A stretch of 64,000 nucleotides of DNA from assembly GCF_006345805.1 (NCBI RefSeq), contig NC_042998.1, positions 187,116,001 through 187,180,000 on the forward strand, given 5' to 3'. Made by a program: the position numbers and the translations under genes. Below are positions 1 through 12,669 of the stretch, piece after piece. The first letter of the stretch is position 1; each line of letters opens with the position of its first letter. The stretch comes from Octopus sinensis (taxonomy: Eukaryota). The notes under the pieces are model-generated. The model searched no databases and had not been told where the DNA came from. It saw only the letters and a program-made list of their open reading frames with translations.

Positions 1-42
1 TACATACACACACACATATACATACATACATACATACATACA

Positions 43-73
<31 letters not shown>

Positions 74-271
74 GTTCGTACGTATGTGTGTGTGTGTGTA
101 GATCGGAAGAGGAAAGGTATAGTTAGTGAGATTATTGTTCAGTTTGAAATTATTATTATTCTTTCTGTGGTTGTTGTTGTTGTTATTGCTGTTGTTGTTG
201 TTGTTGTTATTGTTGTTCGCTGTACTAGCATGTACTCAAGCTCTCTCCGTAAGTACTTTTTTTCGCACATA

Positions 272-400
272 AGCACAGGCGTTAGTGGTAAGAAGCTTGC
301 TTTCCAACTACCAGGTTCCGGATTCGTTCTCGCTCCGTGGCACCTTGGGTAAATGCCTCGTAAGTAGATCTGGTACACGGAAACTGAAAGAAGCCCGTCG
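272..400 (+). mobile_element. SINE family A (tRNA-derived, CORE-like), internally deleted fragment
   Basis: tggtaagaagcttgc...ggcaccttgggtaa and ggaaactgaaagaagcccgtcg match the full copies at 2244 and 5970. Confidence 0.75.
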
Positions 401-446
401 TATATATATATATATATTATATATATATATATATCTATATATATAT

Positions 447-499
<53 letters not shown>

Positions 500-1281
500 A
501 ATATATATATATATAAAGCTTGGTTTATAAATGCTCAAATTAAAATCAGAAAATTGAGAAGTAGCATTAATATAATTCATTAATTGCAAAAATTCAACAT
601 GTTTTCCTACAGCTGTTTCGATCTTGCCCGGAAGAATTAAATTCCAGTAATTACAACGAGATTTTGCCCCAAAATGTTTTAAATTACTGGAATTTAATTC
701 TTTTGGGCAAAATCTTTTGGGCTATTTTTCTTGTTTACGATCTTGTTCATCTTACTGCTGATGGTGCTGTTGATACAGTTGCTGTTGTAGTTTCTGCAGT
801 TTGTGGTGCTGCTGCTGTTCACATTGTTGCTGCTGCTGTAGTCGTCGCCATCGTCATTATCGTTGCTGCTAGTACTTTTGCACTTGTTACTGTCGTCGTA
901 GCAACAAGAAGAAATTATATTTCTCTTTGGCGAGAAATGAATTTCACCTTCCTCTGCGTTTCTATTTGGAGTTATAACTGAGTCATCGGAACGCTGCTCT
1001 CGGTCGATTATTATTATTTTTACGTAACCCGACATTTTTTAAAATGGGAAAAATAAGTAAGATTCTGTCTTCACAAAAAATGCAAAGCAATTATTACACC
1101 CCACCCCCTAAAGGGATGCAATTACACAAAATGTTACCACCACGATCCAGACAATGCAAGCAAAATATGTGTTAAATAAAATTTTGCATGAACGGGCTGC
1201 AACCAGCCGAAATGTTTGATTAAACACTTACATGTTACGGAGTTCCAATTTGTATGACTTCACAGGCTGACGGCCAAAATG

Positions 1282-1659
<378 letters not shown>

Positions 1660-1661
<2 letters not shown>

Positions 1662-2243
1662 GAAATTTGAGTAACGAGAGAGAGAGAGAGTCTGTTGTAC
1701 ACACAGGTTCTTGTAGTTTTTTTTTTGCACAGAAAGGGTATGTCTTAGTGTAGCCAAGACATTACATTAAGACATGATACAGCAAAAGGGCTTCAAATAA
1801 GCAGACAATCGTAGCAGCAATAACTGGAGAGTGTAACAGTTCAGACTGACCACGAAATTCAATCAAGAAGTTCAGAAATTTTCATTCTAGACAAGGTGTC
1901 AAAAAAGTGCATCGTCATAGATATGGCTGTGTCTACTGAAATGAAAGTAGCGGTAAAAAAAAAACAGGGAAAATAGGAAAATATCAAGACTTAGCTAGGG
2001 AAATGTGAAAATTATGGAGAGCTTCGGCAAAAGTAATCCCAGTACTTATAGGTGTTCTAGTTACCCACAGACTTAGAAGTTTCGTTAATGAGATCGGTGT
2101 AACTACGGGAGTTGCATTAGTACAGAAATCTGCTCCGTTAGTAGCAGCAAAGATTGTTCAAATGGTTCTCGATATCTAAGGAAACTGGTTGTGACCCGGT
2201 ATCAAGGACATTGATTCCAAATGTAATGCATTAAATAACAATA
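1660..2243 (+). mobile_element. R4/Dong-like RLE non-LTR retrotransposon, decayed 3' fragment
   Basis: Frameshifted translation VQTDHEIQSRSSEIFILDKVSKKCIVIDMAV...EKYQDLAREM.KLW...VIPVLIGVL matches the RLE endonuclease pattern (RPD...D.A.P...KY.DL...W...V.P.V.G); (TAA)n on the 5' side. Confidence 0.75.
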
Positions 2244-2643
2244 GGCGCAGGAGTGGCTGTGTGGTAAGTAGCTTGTTTACCAACCACATGGTTCTGGGTT
2301 CAGTCCCACTGCGTGGCATCTTGGGCAAGTGTCTTCTGCTATAGCCCCGGGCCGACCAATGCCTTGTGAGTGGATTTGGTAGACGGAAAGTGAAAGAAGC
2401 CTGTCGTATATATGTATATATATGTATGTGTATGTATATGTTTGGGTGTCTGTGTTTGTCCCTCTAGCATTGCTTGACAACCGATGCTGGTGTGTTTACG
2501 TCCCCGTCACTTAGCGGTTCGGCAAAAGAGTCCGATAGAATAAGTACTGGGCTTACAAAGAATAACTCCCGGGGTCGATTTGCTCGACTAAAGGCGGTGC
2601 TCCAGTATGGCCGAAGTCAAATGACTGAAACAAATAAAAGAGA
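2244..2643 (+). mobile_element. SINE family A, full length
   Basis: ggcgcaggagtggctgtgtggtaag head with A/B-box-like motifs, cttgggcaagtgtctt CORE-like block, internal (TA/TG) tract, gaaacaaataaaag tail. Confidence 0.95.
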
Positions 2644-2699
2644 ATAATAATTCTATTTAGAATAGTTAAATTCTAAACTTAAACTATCCACAGAAACGA

Positions 2700-3480
2700 G
2701 CGTATATTGAAGGCACATGAGTTAACCTTAATGAACAAGCATAAAAGCGTGTTTTGCACGGTCAATGTATCTGAGAACTAGATGTTCACTATATAAATTT
2801 TAAAAAGCATTTAGCCTATATATACAAACCTGATCTGAATGAGCAATAGAAGTAACAGCATTCAAGAGAGAGATAGAAACAGACTATCACCAATAGGTAT
2901 ATTGAATGAAATATCCTCAATTCTTCCATTATATAGATGATAAATGTCACCTATGTGTTGCATTTCCTGAATCGATACACAACATTGTCAAGATGTTCCA
3001 TACTTGCTCCGACAATGAATTTGGATGCACAATAACGTAGCTAAGCTGCTCTGCATATTTCGATACTTCTGGCAAGCCAACTTCTTCTGCTTCAAAAGAA
3101 AGAAAAAAAGAAAGAAAGAAAGAAAAGAAAACAGAAATAAAAAGAAGTTGTGTGGTATCCACATGAACTTTCGCGTGTCTTCAAACATTTTCTATGACAA
3201 AATGAAAATATTATTTAGCATACCGACGAATCACAGGATGACTCAAAAGAAAAATAGTCTCCGACAGTATTCTCTATATAAGAAATAACAATAACCTACT
3301 GACTATTGACACTCCAACGCTACTCTTTTTGTAGTTGGTAGAACACGAATGACACACATCGATTTCTGAAAGATCATTGGCAAATTACTTATATGGGATA
3401 AACATAGGCACAAACTAGAATATATCAATAACAGAGAATCGGTAAATATTATTAGGGCATCTTCATACAACAGCTGACCT
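2700..3480 (+). mobile_element. Second R4-like RLE retrotransposon relic (zinc knuckle to endonuclease)
   Basis: DDKCHLCVAFPESIHNIV...MHNNVAKLL is a CCHC-like C..C...E...H...C...RHN motif; downstream PDSILYIRNNNNLLTID resembles the RPD/D motif; many stops. Confidence 0.6.
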
Positions 3481-3573
3481 CGAACATTCTACTTGAAGGT
3501 GAATATCGTTAAATTTGAACACCACCCTTTTTTAAAATTACGAATACTTCTTTTATCCATGTTTACCATGAAA

Positions 3574-3972
3574 TCTTTATATATAAAGCTGAAGTTGTGT
3601 GTGTGTGTGTGGCAGGTTTGGTAGCCTTCAACTAACACTATCTCCTCTGAGACTCTACGGCGCAAATTGACCAAAATTGAGAGTATGATAGAAGATGGCT
3701 TGCTCTTCATTCCGTAGAAGAAAAAATTCAAATCGGACTATGTTAAGACCAAAAATTATTTACATCAAGAAGGTGCTTTTTTTCTATGAAAATCCCTATT
3801 TTTTACGATTTTTTGACTACTGTGTCGCCATTTTTCGGTGAATTTCAACCAGAAAAATGTTCACATAAAGAGAATAACAAGCTACATAATGCAAAATTTC
3901 TACTTTTCAAAAATTCCAATTCTAAAGGTCGAAAATAAAACAAACCCGAGCAACGCCACGCGATACTGCTAG
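3574..3972 (+). mobile_element. Non-autonomous Helitron
   Basis: a|tctttatatataaa 5' end, cccgagcaacgccacg hairpin remnant, ctag|t 3' end, inserted between A and T. Confidence 0.8.
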
Positions 3973-4044
3973 TAACACAATAAAGCTCAACAAAGCTACT
4001 TCCTTTTCTAAAGCCGTTAGCAACTGGGCTATTTTTTTTTTTCA

Positions 4045-4620
4045 GTGGATGACTTAAAAATTAAGGCACTGAAATACAAGAGTGACATTATAAAACCAGG
4101 TGTTAGTGAGGAGGAGAAAAATCATCCGAAAGACGAACAATTGTTTATAAATGTATTTCTCGCAAGGAGAGGAAACTTAAATTTCCTACTCCGGCAGAGA
4201 CTGCAAAATGCCTCGAAGATGTGTGGCCCTCGATGCTACGCATACAGAAAGGTAAACTATATGGGATGGTTGATGCTATATGCAGCAGTGAGCAAGAAGC
4301 TTGAAGAATGGCTATCATAACTTGCACGTTCCAGGCTTTTGTAATGATTCCCCATTACATGGGTAGAAGGTTGACTCGAATTCGAGTCAAGAACGTGCCG
4401 GGTCACCGTGATCCGGCGAGGGTTTTAGCCATTCTGGAGGGGCACGAGGAGATTGTGGAAGTAAAGTTCGCCCAACAACTCAACAGGACTGGAATTCTGA
4501 TGGAATCTTATGGAATTCCGGATGCTAGTTTCTCTAGAGGAAATAAATCGCATTCCCGATTTTTTTCTGTTTCGGGGAATGCGAATAGATGCCAGTTTCT
4601 ATAGAAGGTGACTTCCTACA
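4045..4620 (+). mobile_element. Possible L1/Tx1-like ORF1 relic
   Basis: PHYMGRRLTRIRVKNVP resembles LINE ORF1 N-terminal motifs; frameshifted; no ORF2 seen. Confidence 0.35.
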
Positions 4621-5324
4621 AGTCACATAGAAATTCCGTATTTTATTGACTCCACGATGTTTGACCTGAGGATTAGGAGTTTAAAAAACAAAGGAAGGAA
4701 ACAATCTTCAACTAAATCGAATTTCTTATTTAATCGGACTGAGTTTCAGCATTTGAGTGATCTAGTTCCTAAATAAATTTAAGCTACTATTAAAATATTC
4801 GAGTCAGTTTTTAAGCATTTTAATTTCAGATCAGTCATATAAATAATTAAGCTTGTAAAGTAAAGTATTTATCCATATTACTTCCATATGATTATATGTG
4901 AGAGAACAGCAGAGCCACCTCAATTTTATGTTTATACTAAGATCGATAACTTCCGCCCTGTAGGTTTGATTTCTGGTGATTAAGCACGAAACCAACTTTT
5001 GCGAAGGAGCCGATAAATACTATTGAATTGACTACCGGTATGACACAGGCAACTTTTTTGTTGCCAACCATGATCAAATGAAAAGCAAAATCACTTAAAA
5101 TATGTACTTCATATAAGTACATTTAAATCAAATTATAAAAATCTTCAAATAGGTGCAAATAATCACGTTTAACAATTCTTTTAACCAATACGTTTTTCTT
5201 CGAAAATTTTATTAGCATATACGAACTGCATTCTAGACGATATTCGTATAAACATTTACATTGTTTTTCTAACTGAATTTTCAATAAAATAGCTTTTCAT
5301 TCAGTAATTTTATTCAGCTGAATA

Positions 5325-5517
5325 CACGTCATTGATTGGTTGAAATGATCGAAATACGACAATTTTAACAAGAAATAACTTCCAAAATACAGGATTTTCT
5401 CAACAACGCCAAGAGTAAAAGATGTTTTACGTGACACATTCTACAAGTATACGAAGTTTGAAAATATTTAGTTACAAAAAATATTTTCTAAATCTGTCGG
5501 TCAAAAGGTAAAGATCC
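5325..5517. mobile_element. Diverged right half of the Merlin-type MITE
   Basis: cgtcattgattggttgaaat...gtatacgaagtttg...aaagatcc aligns by eye to the copy at 46128-46543. Confidence 0.7.
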
Positions 5518-5969
5518 TAAACAGCTTTTCATTACCATATATTTAAGAATCATTTAACGTGCTTTATATTAGAATAGTTTAGCACTGTAGTCACAATTTC
5601 ATACATACAAAAAGCCAGCCTATTTAATCTTAAGTAACTGCTTAGTATTAAATAGGTTAGCCACCTGTGAGCATGTTTTTTTTTATCATAAATTCCCTAT
5701 ATTTTTTAATCTAATACACAGTTACGAAAATTTCGGTATCTGAAATGTGTGAAAAAAGGAGGAGGAACGTAGAATACGTGTTTGCAATGATAATGAATTT
5801 CTGAACGATGTCCCAAAGCGCATTCATTTCTATTTACAGCAAGTTTACTATCCTATTCGGGGTGTCTGCACATTGCATGCAGTTACATCAAGCAGTACGA
5901 TGTCAATGAGAAAGATGAAACTGCTAAGAGGAAGTTAAGCAATAGATATGAATGGAAAGTAAATATATA

Positions 5970-6140
5970 GGCGCAGGAGTGGCTGTGTGGTAAGTAGCTT
6001 GCTTACGAACCACATGGTTCCGGGTTCAGTCCCACTGCATGGCACCTTGGGCAAGTGTCTTCTACTATAGCCTCGGGCCGACCAAAGCCTTGTGAGTGGA
6101 TTTGGTAGACGGAAACTGAAAGAAGCCCGTCGTATATATG

Positions 6141-6173
<33 letters not shown>

Positions 6174-6393
6174 TTGTGTGTCTGTGTTTGTCCTCCCAAC
6201 ATCGCTTGACAGCCGATGCTGGTGTGTTTACGTCCCCGTAACTTAGCGGTTCGGCAAAAGAGATCGATAGAATAAGTACTAGGCTTCCAAAGAATAAGTC
6301 CTGGGGTCGATTTGCTCGACTAAAGGCGGTGCTCCAGCATGGCCACAGTGAAATGACTGAAACAAGTAAAAGAGTAAAAGAGGGAGTAAAGAG
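5970..6393 (+). mobile_element. SINE family A, full length
   Basis: Near-identical to the copy at 2244; (gtaaaaga)n tail. Confidence 0.95.
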
Positions 6394-7945
6394 TATATGG
6401 TATATTTTGTGTCTAGCTGATAAATTTCTTCTGAGAGAAAACTAGTCGAAGATTACAATAGTAAATGGGTTGTTCTGCGAAAGCATAGTCTTAGGGTTCG
6501 GTCGAAACTCTTTATTAAAGAAATTTCAATGTTTCGCTCGCGAAATTTCAGAGTTTGGAAAACTTCGAGCAACTTCACTTCTCACCTGACTAGAAAAAAG
6601 ATAGTGTAGTTATATACTAATACGCTTGTCTCACTCAACCGAAAGTGGAGAAAATAGAGGTCCAGAATGATGTATCATTCAATATTTATTTTATCAAGCT
6701 TAAACTTGAAGGTGTTCGGGAGTGATGATATTCCGTCAGCATTTATTAGCAGTTTAGTTTTAGCGCTACGTAAGATAGAATAGAATTTGTAGAATGTCAA
6801 AAACATTCCATTATTTTGCTGCTAGATATTAAGCTGAGTTGTGTTTAAACCCCTCATTGAATTTTCAGTTCGACAATGGTAATGATATTCACTAGCAATA
6901 TAACCCGAATACGCACGTACACACTCAGAGAAACCAAAAAAAAATTACAGAAATCAAATATGTTGAATATATTGTAATATTTTGTCTATCAATAACGGTA
7001 GTGTATCTTCAGTATGTTTTGATAATATGCGTTTACACTGTTACTATCAATTTCACCTTTTCTGTTCTAATTATAAACATAATGTATTATCATTTAAGCA
7101 TGTAATATTTATTTTATAAAACGATAATCAAGTTTCCTCACGACACGCAACCAATTTTAAGTAAACTTCCTCCACCACCTTCCAAGTTGATAATCTTTGA
7201 AAACCACCTCTTAATAAAGTCGGTGTTTTTGTTGTTTGATTCTCTTCCCAATTACAATCTTCAGTAAGCTTATATTTCCTCTACGTAAACGAACGAACTG
7301 GGATGAGGTCCAGCACTGTATGATAAGAAATTTAATTCCAGTAAAGTACATTTTAAAAAATCATTTGGAACACATTTTCTGAAATCATTTTACTATAAAT
7401 AATTACAAACGCTAAAAATTGTTCATAATTATTTCTGCTCAACATTTTCTGCTTTTCCTTTAGAAGTAAGACACCTACCACCCACTAAAACGTAATACAA
7501 AAATAATTTTGATTTTTTTTCAGTAACCGAAATAGATTATAAGCCATTTCTGTATACCAAAACCTGAATTTAAGCTGCAAAAATAATATTGTCTGTATAT
7601 CTGTTTCCTGTTAAAATTCTTTGCTGTTTATATATTTATTGCCGGTATATCTATTTCCTGTTAAAATTCTTTAGAATATCTCTAGACTGATTTGTTCATA
7701 TTTATTAAACGTTATTAATGGAAGGAAGATTTCCCGCAGAAGGTTGCAAAATTCTTGGATTCCATTCTAGGTTTAGAAGCTTGATGGCTGTACTGCGATC
7801 ATCAAGATACATACATACATGCATACATACATACATACATACATACATACTACATACATACATACATACATAATACATACATACATGCATACATACATGC
7901 ATATATACATACATACATACATACATACATACATACATACATACA

Positions 7946-7975
<30 letters not shown>

Positions 7976-7976
<1 letters not shown>

Positions 7977-8660
7977 GGCAGAAGCCATAGCCACTCATAA
8001 TGAAAAAGGATATTGGTGGATTGTACCAGTGAAGATCTCAATAAAATGTAATCACAACAGACCTGATAAAATGATTTGGGGTGAAGAAGAGAAACTGTGT
8101 ACAGTTGTGGAAATTAGCTGTCCAGCGGATGTTAACATAAAACTGATGATCAGTGAAAATGAGAACACCTTATGATTAACTATTGAGAAATCTGCAGTTA
8201 CTCTATTCAGATTACAAGTTCATGTTTATACCTGTAATTATTGGGGCACTGGGATATGTAACACACTGCCTAAATACCAATCTTGAGAAATTAGGCTTCT
8301 CAAAACCAGAAAGGAGAAAGCGAATTCGAAGGTTACAGATCCAATCTATCACTGGAACTGTAAAACTTTCCAGAAGTTTATCATTTAAATATATATGAGC
8401 ATGTCTAGATATGTAACTATATGCATGAGAATACATACATAAACCATACAAATCTGCATATACATATATACATGCATACATACATACATACATACATACA
8501 TACATACATACATACATACATACATACATACATACATACATACAAACAAAATTACCCTGTTGTTGATGTTGAAATTCCAATGAAGGAACCTTGGATCTAG
8601 TTTAGAAACCGGTTCTTTCTCTATTGGCAAGAAATCTTGAAATAAACTGAATAATGTTAT
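7976..8660 (+). mobile_element. R4-like RLE retrotransposon 3' end with 3' UTR, inside a (TACA)n array
   Basis: NRPDKMIWGEEEKLCTVVEISCPADVNI...LQLLYSDYKFMFIPVIIGALG is an RLE endonuclease; UTR ends aaataaactgaataatgtta(TACA)n. Confidence 0.85.
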
Positions 8661-8727
8661 ACATACATACATACACACACACATACATACATACATACAT
8701 ACATACATACACACATACACACATACA

Positions 8728-8761
<34 letters not shown>

Positions 8762-8880
8762 CATACGCATATATACAAATGCGCATACAGACGGGAATTG
8801 CATATACTGAGTTTCAAACTGTCACACTCAAATATAGACATGCACACAGATATCTTCACAATCAAAATTACGCGCACGCG

Positions 8881-8928
<48 letters not shown>

Positions 8929-9109
8929 TATTCAAATACCACTTCTTTCTGCTTTTTCTTTCTTTTGTTTCTATCATCATTTCATCCAACCTTCCTTACT
9001 GTGTGTGTGTGTGTGTGCGTGTGTGTGTGTGTGCGTGCGTGTGTGTGTGTGTGTGTGCGTGTGTGCGTGCGTGCGTGTGTGTGTGTGTGTGTGTGTTGTG
9101 TGTGTGTGT

Positions 9110-9155
<46 letters not shown>

Positions 9156-9779
9156 TCTGTATCTGTAAATCCTGCAACATATTAAAAATGAAAGCCAGAA
9201 AATGCTATATAGGCAATTTAGATTAATTCACTGAATTTTGCTGAAAGAGTTGCTGATGGCGAATGATTGCGTTATAATTTTACGAAACTTTCTTGTGCTA
9301 AAGACCATCTGTTTGGAAAATATGAGAGAACGTACCGAACAACCTTGCATTACAAAAAGAGAAACTGTATCAGTGATACCTGAACGAAGTCAAATCCTTA
9401 GATGGTAGCTGTGCAGACGATAAATGAGGATGGATTTCATTGTTTATTTCTCTTACTCTATCTATCATCATTTTATTGCTGTAGCTGATGATTGTGATTG
9501 ACTGAGAGATAGAGTTCACAGATGGATCTTCATATTAATAGAATGCTAATACAAATGTTTCCCCACTTCTATTTAAGATGATTGAATCAGAGTAGAATGT
9601 TTGTTCTGATTACTAAAATAATGTTGTTCTCCAATTTGTGAAAAAGACGATTCAACAAGCCCTATTTTATTTATCGGCATTTTTTTTTCCAGATTGTAAA
9701 TTTGTTAAAATAACTTTAATACTATAAAAATGGATCAAAGGTCTTTCTCGAATCAAAAGCTCATTAAGCCTGTCCCCTG

Positions 9780-9975
9780 ATTCTATGGCCTTTAAATATT
9801 TCACCCACTGGACGGGACTCTGGTTTGTCGCAGGATCACTCATTTTTGTCAGTTGAGTGGACTAGAACAACATGAAATCGAAGTGTTTTGCTTAAAAACA
9901 CAAAGTATCGTCAAGTTCAGGAATCGAAACCATAATCTTACTATCATGAATGAGACACCCTAACCACTAAGCCTC
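9780..9975 (-). mobile_element. Decayed tRNA-derived SINE
   Basis: Reverse complement starts gcttagtggttaagggtgtctc...ggtttcgattcc (A/B-box-like); central block shared with 19660-19745. Confidence 0.6.
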
Positions 9976-11477
9976 CATACTTTGATACCATTGTTGTCAA
10001 TTTTGATTTTCTAATGTGCGTCACCCATTTTTCAACCAGAATCGCTCATTAAGATAATGTTTCTCTTTACTACCGATATAATGTTAAATAATTAATGTTT
10101 CTTGTCTCATTACATTATTTCCTACTTTACTATTTGTTTTTCACACAGCAGGCGTCCCTGGGTATTTTCTATAGTTATTATTTCAAGTTATCTCACCACT
10201 GTATGCCGAAGTATTAAAATTCTATATCCTACACTCATTCTAAGATCTGGCATTACGATTAATTTATGTTTGGTTGATGAAGTCCAACAAGGTAAGAACA
10301 TTATCAGTGTGTTACCGTACTGCTAAAGATCAAACTCTCTTCCTGCTACATTCTATATTTTATTAATCTTAATTAATTCAAACTCAGGGTTTGTCTTCAT
10401 TGACGAAAATATGTTATAATGTTGACGACTATCTTTCCTCTCCATTACAGGTGTAAGTTTTAATAAATTTTATTAAAATGAATTGGCTAATTATATCCTG
10501 TCTGCATTTACTGTTTCCCGGTTCAAATGTCCAATAGTTACCATGCATTGAATAAGAAAAACACTTATTTAAACTGTATCATGTAGAGAGAGAGAGAGAG
10601 ATTCTCCATTGCTGCTAGGCTTCCTTGTTATAACAATAAAAATTCTCTTTGTTGAACGGGAGAAAATGTTTTGTAACATTTAATTCAGAATACAACATGT
10701 CTAGTGTTACTAAATGCAGTATATCTAAAGCGGGAAGGTCTCGGCCAGAATAATGGCTAAACATTGAAATAGTCGACACATTCAATACTGCCACAAATTG
10801 ATATTCCAGATTTGAAAACAAAGCAAGCTATGTGAAGAGGAAAGCGAAGACTCTTTACTTACAAGACACCGTGAATGTCGAAAATATAGAAATATCATCA
10901 TAAATTACGTATATCTACAAGCAGCGAACGTAAATCATCTAAATACACGCAAATCATTTAAATACGCTTCATAACACAATAAAACATGATATATCTAGAA
11001 ACTGAATGTAACTTCATCATCTTCCTGCTAAAACTCATATCCCAACAAACATATCTCTAAATATCCATCTATGTATCATACTTAATGTATACATACTGTC
11101 GATAGCCCAATTACTGTGGTATTTTTCCAGAGATAACACCTCTTACAGAGCGCTGTGTTAAAAGTACGATAAATGTCAGAAGGAAAGGAAAATTCGCCGC
11201 AGCAGTGGGCCGCGAGAACGCCAGGTATATTTTGGCCTTTTAAACCTTTTCAGTCACGTGCATTCGCAGCCAGCCGCATGCTCGGATGAGAATTTGTCGC
11301 TTTTAATGTAGGAAAAAGTGAATAAAACATTCACTGATGTTGCGAATAGCTGTCCGGCTGAACAGAAATCAGGTGTATGTAATTGAGTCAGTATTAAGTT
11401 TAAAATAGCCGTGTATGTAATATACTTAATGCATAAGCACTCTCGACAGGCCAGTTACTACGGTAATAAAATTAACG

Positions 11478-11815
11478 GACAACAGAGGATGTGCGCAAGA
11501 ACTGTATTAGCTTGACGTTCGGTGAAAACAGAGAATTTGACGTTTCGAGCATAGTTCTTCGTCGGAAAGTAGGAAGGGAAAAGTCCAAATCAGAAAAAAA
11601 AAATTGCCAACAGCCCTTGTGTAGTTACATTGCAGAAGTGACCAGAAGTAGAAAGAGATAGAGAAAATGGTGGGGATTTTTTTCCTTCTTTGAACTTTTC
11701 CCTTTTCCCTCTTTTCCTTTTCGATGAAGAGCTATGCTCGAAACGTCAAAAACTCTTTCTTTTCACTGAGCGTCAAACTAATATATTCCATGTGCATGTC
11801 CTCTTGTTATTGTTA
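11478..11815. mobile_element. Penelope-like tail pair in inverted orientation, each arm with a minimal hammerhead-like motif
   Basis: About 100-bp diverged inverted arms; CCGACGA-A-GAAC-TAT-GCTC-GAAA-C-GTC (minus, 11536-11568) and TCGATGA-A-GAGC-TAT-GCTC-GAAA-C-GTC (plus, 11718-11750). Confidence 0.65.
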
Positions 11816-12049
11816 TTTTGAACGTTGTTTATTCGATATAACTATATATATATATATATAATCAAAATAAGCAACAAGGATATACAGAGGTAATGCAGTA
11901 CGATCATTTCATGCGACTCCATTTAATTGAACAATGCAAATATTACAGCTGCATAAAAATATAGAATTTAGTTAAATTCAAAGGATTCATTTGTATAGTT
12001 ATTCAATTAACCAAAATCACACCCACACACACACATATATATATATATA

Positions 12050-12268
12050 TTTCTTTACTACCCACAAGGGGCTAAACACAGAGGGGACAAACAAGGACAG
12101 ACAAAGGGATTAAGTCGACTACATCGACCCCAGTGCGTAACTGGTACTTAATTTATCGACCCCGAAAGGATGAAAGGCAAAATCGACCTCGGCGGAATTT
12201 GAACTCGGAACGTAACGACAGACGAATTTCGCCCGGCGTGCTAACGTTTCTACCAGCTCGCCGCCTTA
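12050..12268 (-). mobile_element. SINE family B, full length
   Basis: Reverse complement runs aaggcggcgagctggtagaaacg...ccccttgtgggtagtaaagaaata. Confidence 0.95.
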
Positions 12269-12425
12269 CACACATATATATATATGTATGTATGTATGTA
12301 TGTATATGTATATGTATATATTTAAATAATAGGGGTAAAAAATTGATATTAATTTGATTAATATCAATTTATACCAGTGACCTAGCATATTGAAAAAATC
12401 TGAAGATTCAGAAAATTATATTACA

Positions 12426-12654
12426 TACATATAAGAGGAATGACCATTAGGTGGACTCCTAATAGGGTAAATGTACATCCCATATGGTCTGACCACTAAG
12501 AAAATGTTGTTCTCAAGAAAATTTGGCAAAAATTCTGGCGTGTCTGGCGTTTGCCGAATTTTCTTGAGAACAATTCTTTCTTAGTGGTCAGACCATATGG
12601 GGTGTACATTTAGCATATTAGGAGTCCACCTAGTGGTCATTTCTCTTATATGTA
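12426..12654. repeat. Long hairpin, about 105-bp arms and 19-nt loop, flanked by TA-rich repeats
   Basis: taagaggaatgaccattaggtggactcc... is the reverse complement of ...ggagtccacctagtggtcatttctctta, with a few mismatches. Confidence 0.9.
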
Positions 12655-12669
12655 TATACATATATATAT

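Noticed and set aside
694-1035. 113-aa S/N/D-rich ORF
   Set aside because: Built on degenerate trinucleotide repeats; no convincing splice acceptor or recognisable domain.
2244-2320. tRNA-like heads of SINEs as tRNA genes
   Set aside because: They continue into SINE bodies and lack complete cloverleaves.
5840-6769. Two possible + strand exons (SLLSYSGCLHIACSYIKQY...EWK and VFGSDDIPSAFISSLVLAL)
   Set aside because: Phases can be made compatible, but I recognise no protein, the splice sites are mediocre and no compatible next exon was found; could be chance.
8575-8620. ccaatgaagg...gaaaccggtt hammerhead-like string in the RLE 3' UTR
   Set aside because: The core lacks G5 and stem II does not close onto GAAA.
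10148-10452. Possible exons ending at gtaaga and gtaagt donors
   Set aside because: Short open frames with no recognisable homology; not supportable.
11870-11960. Tail with gcag/ctgc stem and GAAA-TGATC-GTA on the minus strand
   Set aside because: Probably a PLE-type tail, but the 5' catalytic core is too degenerate to call.
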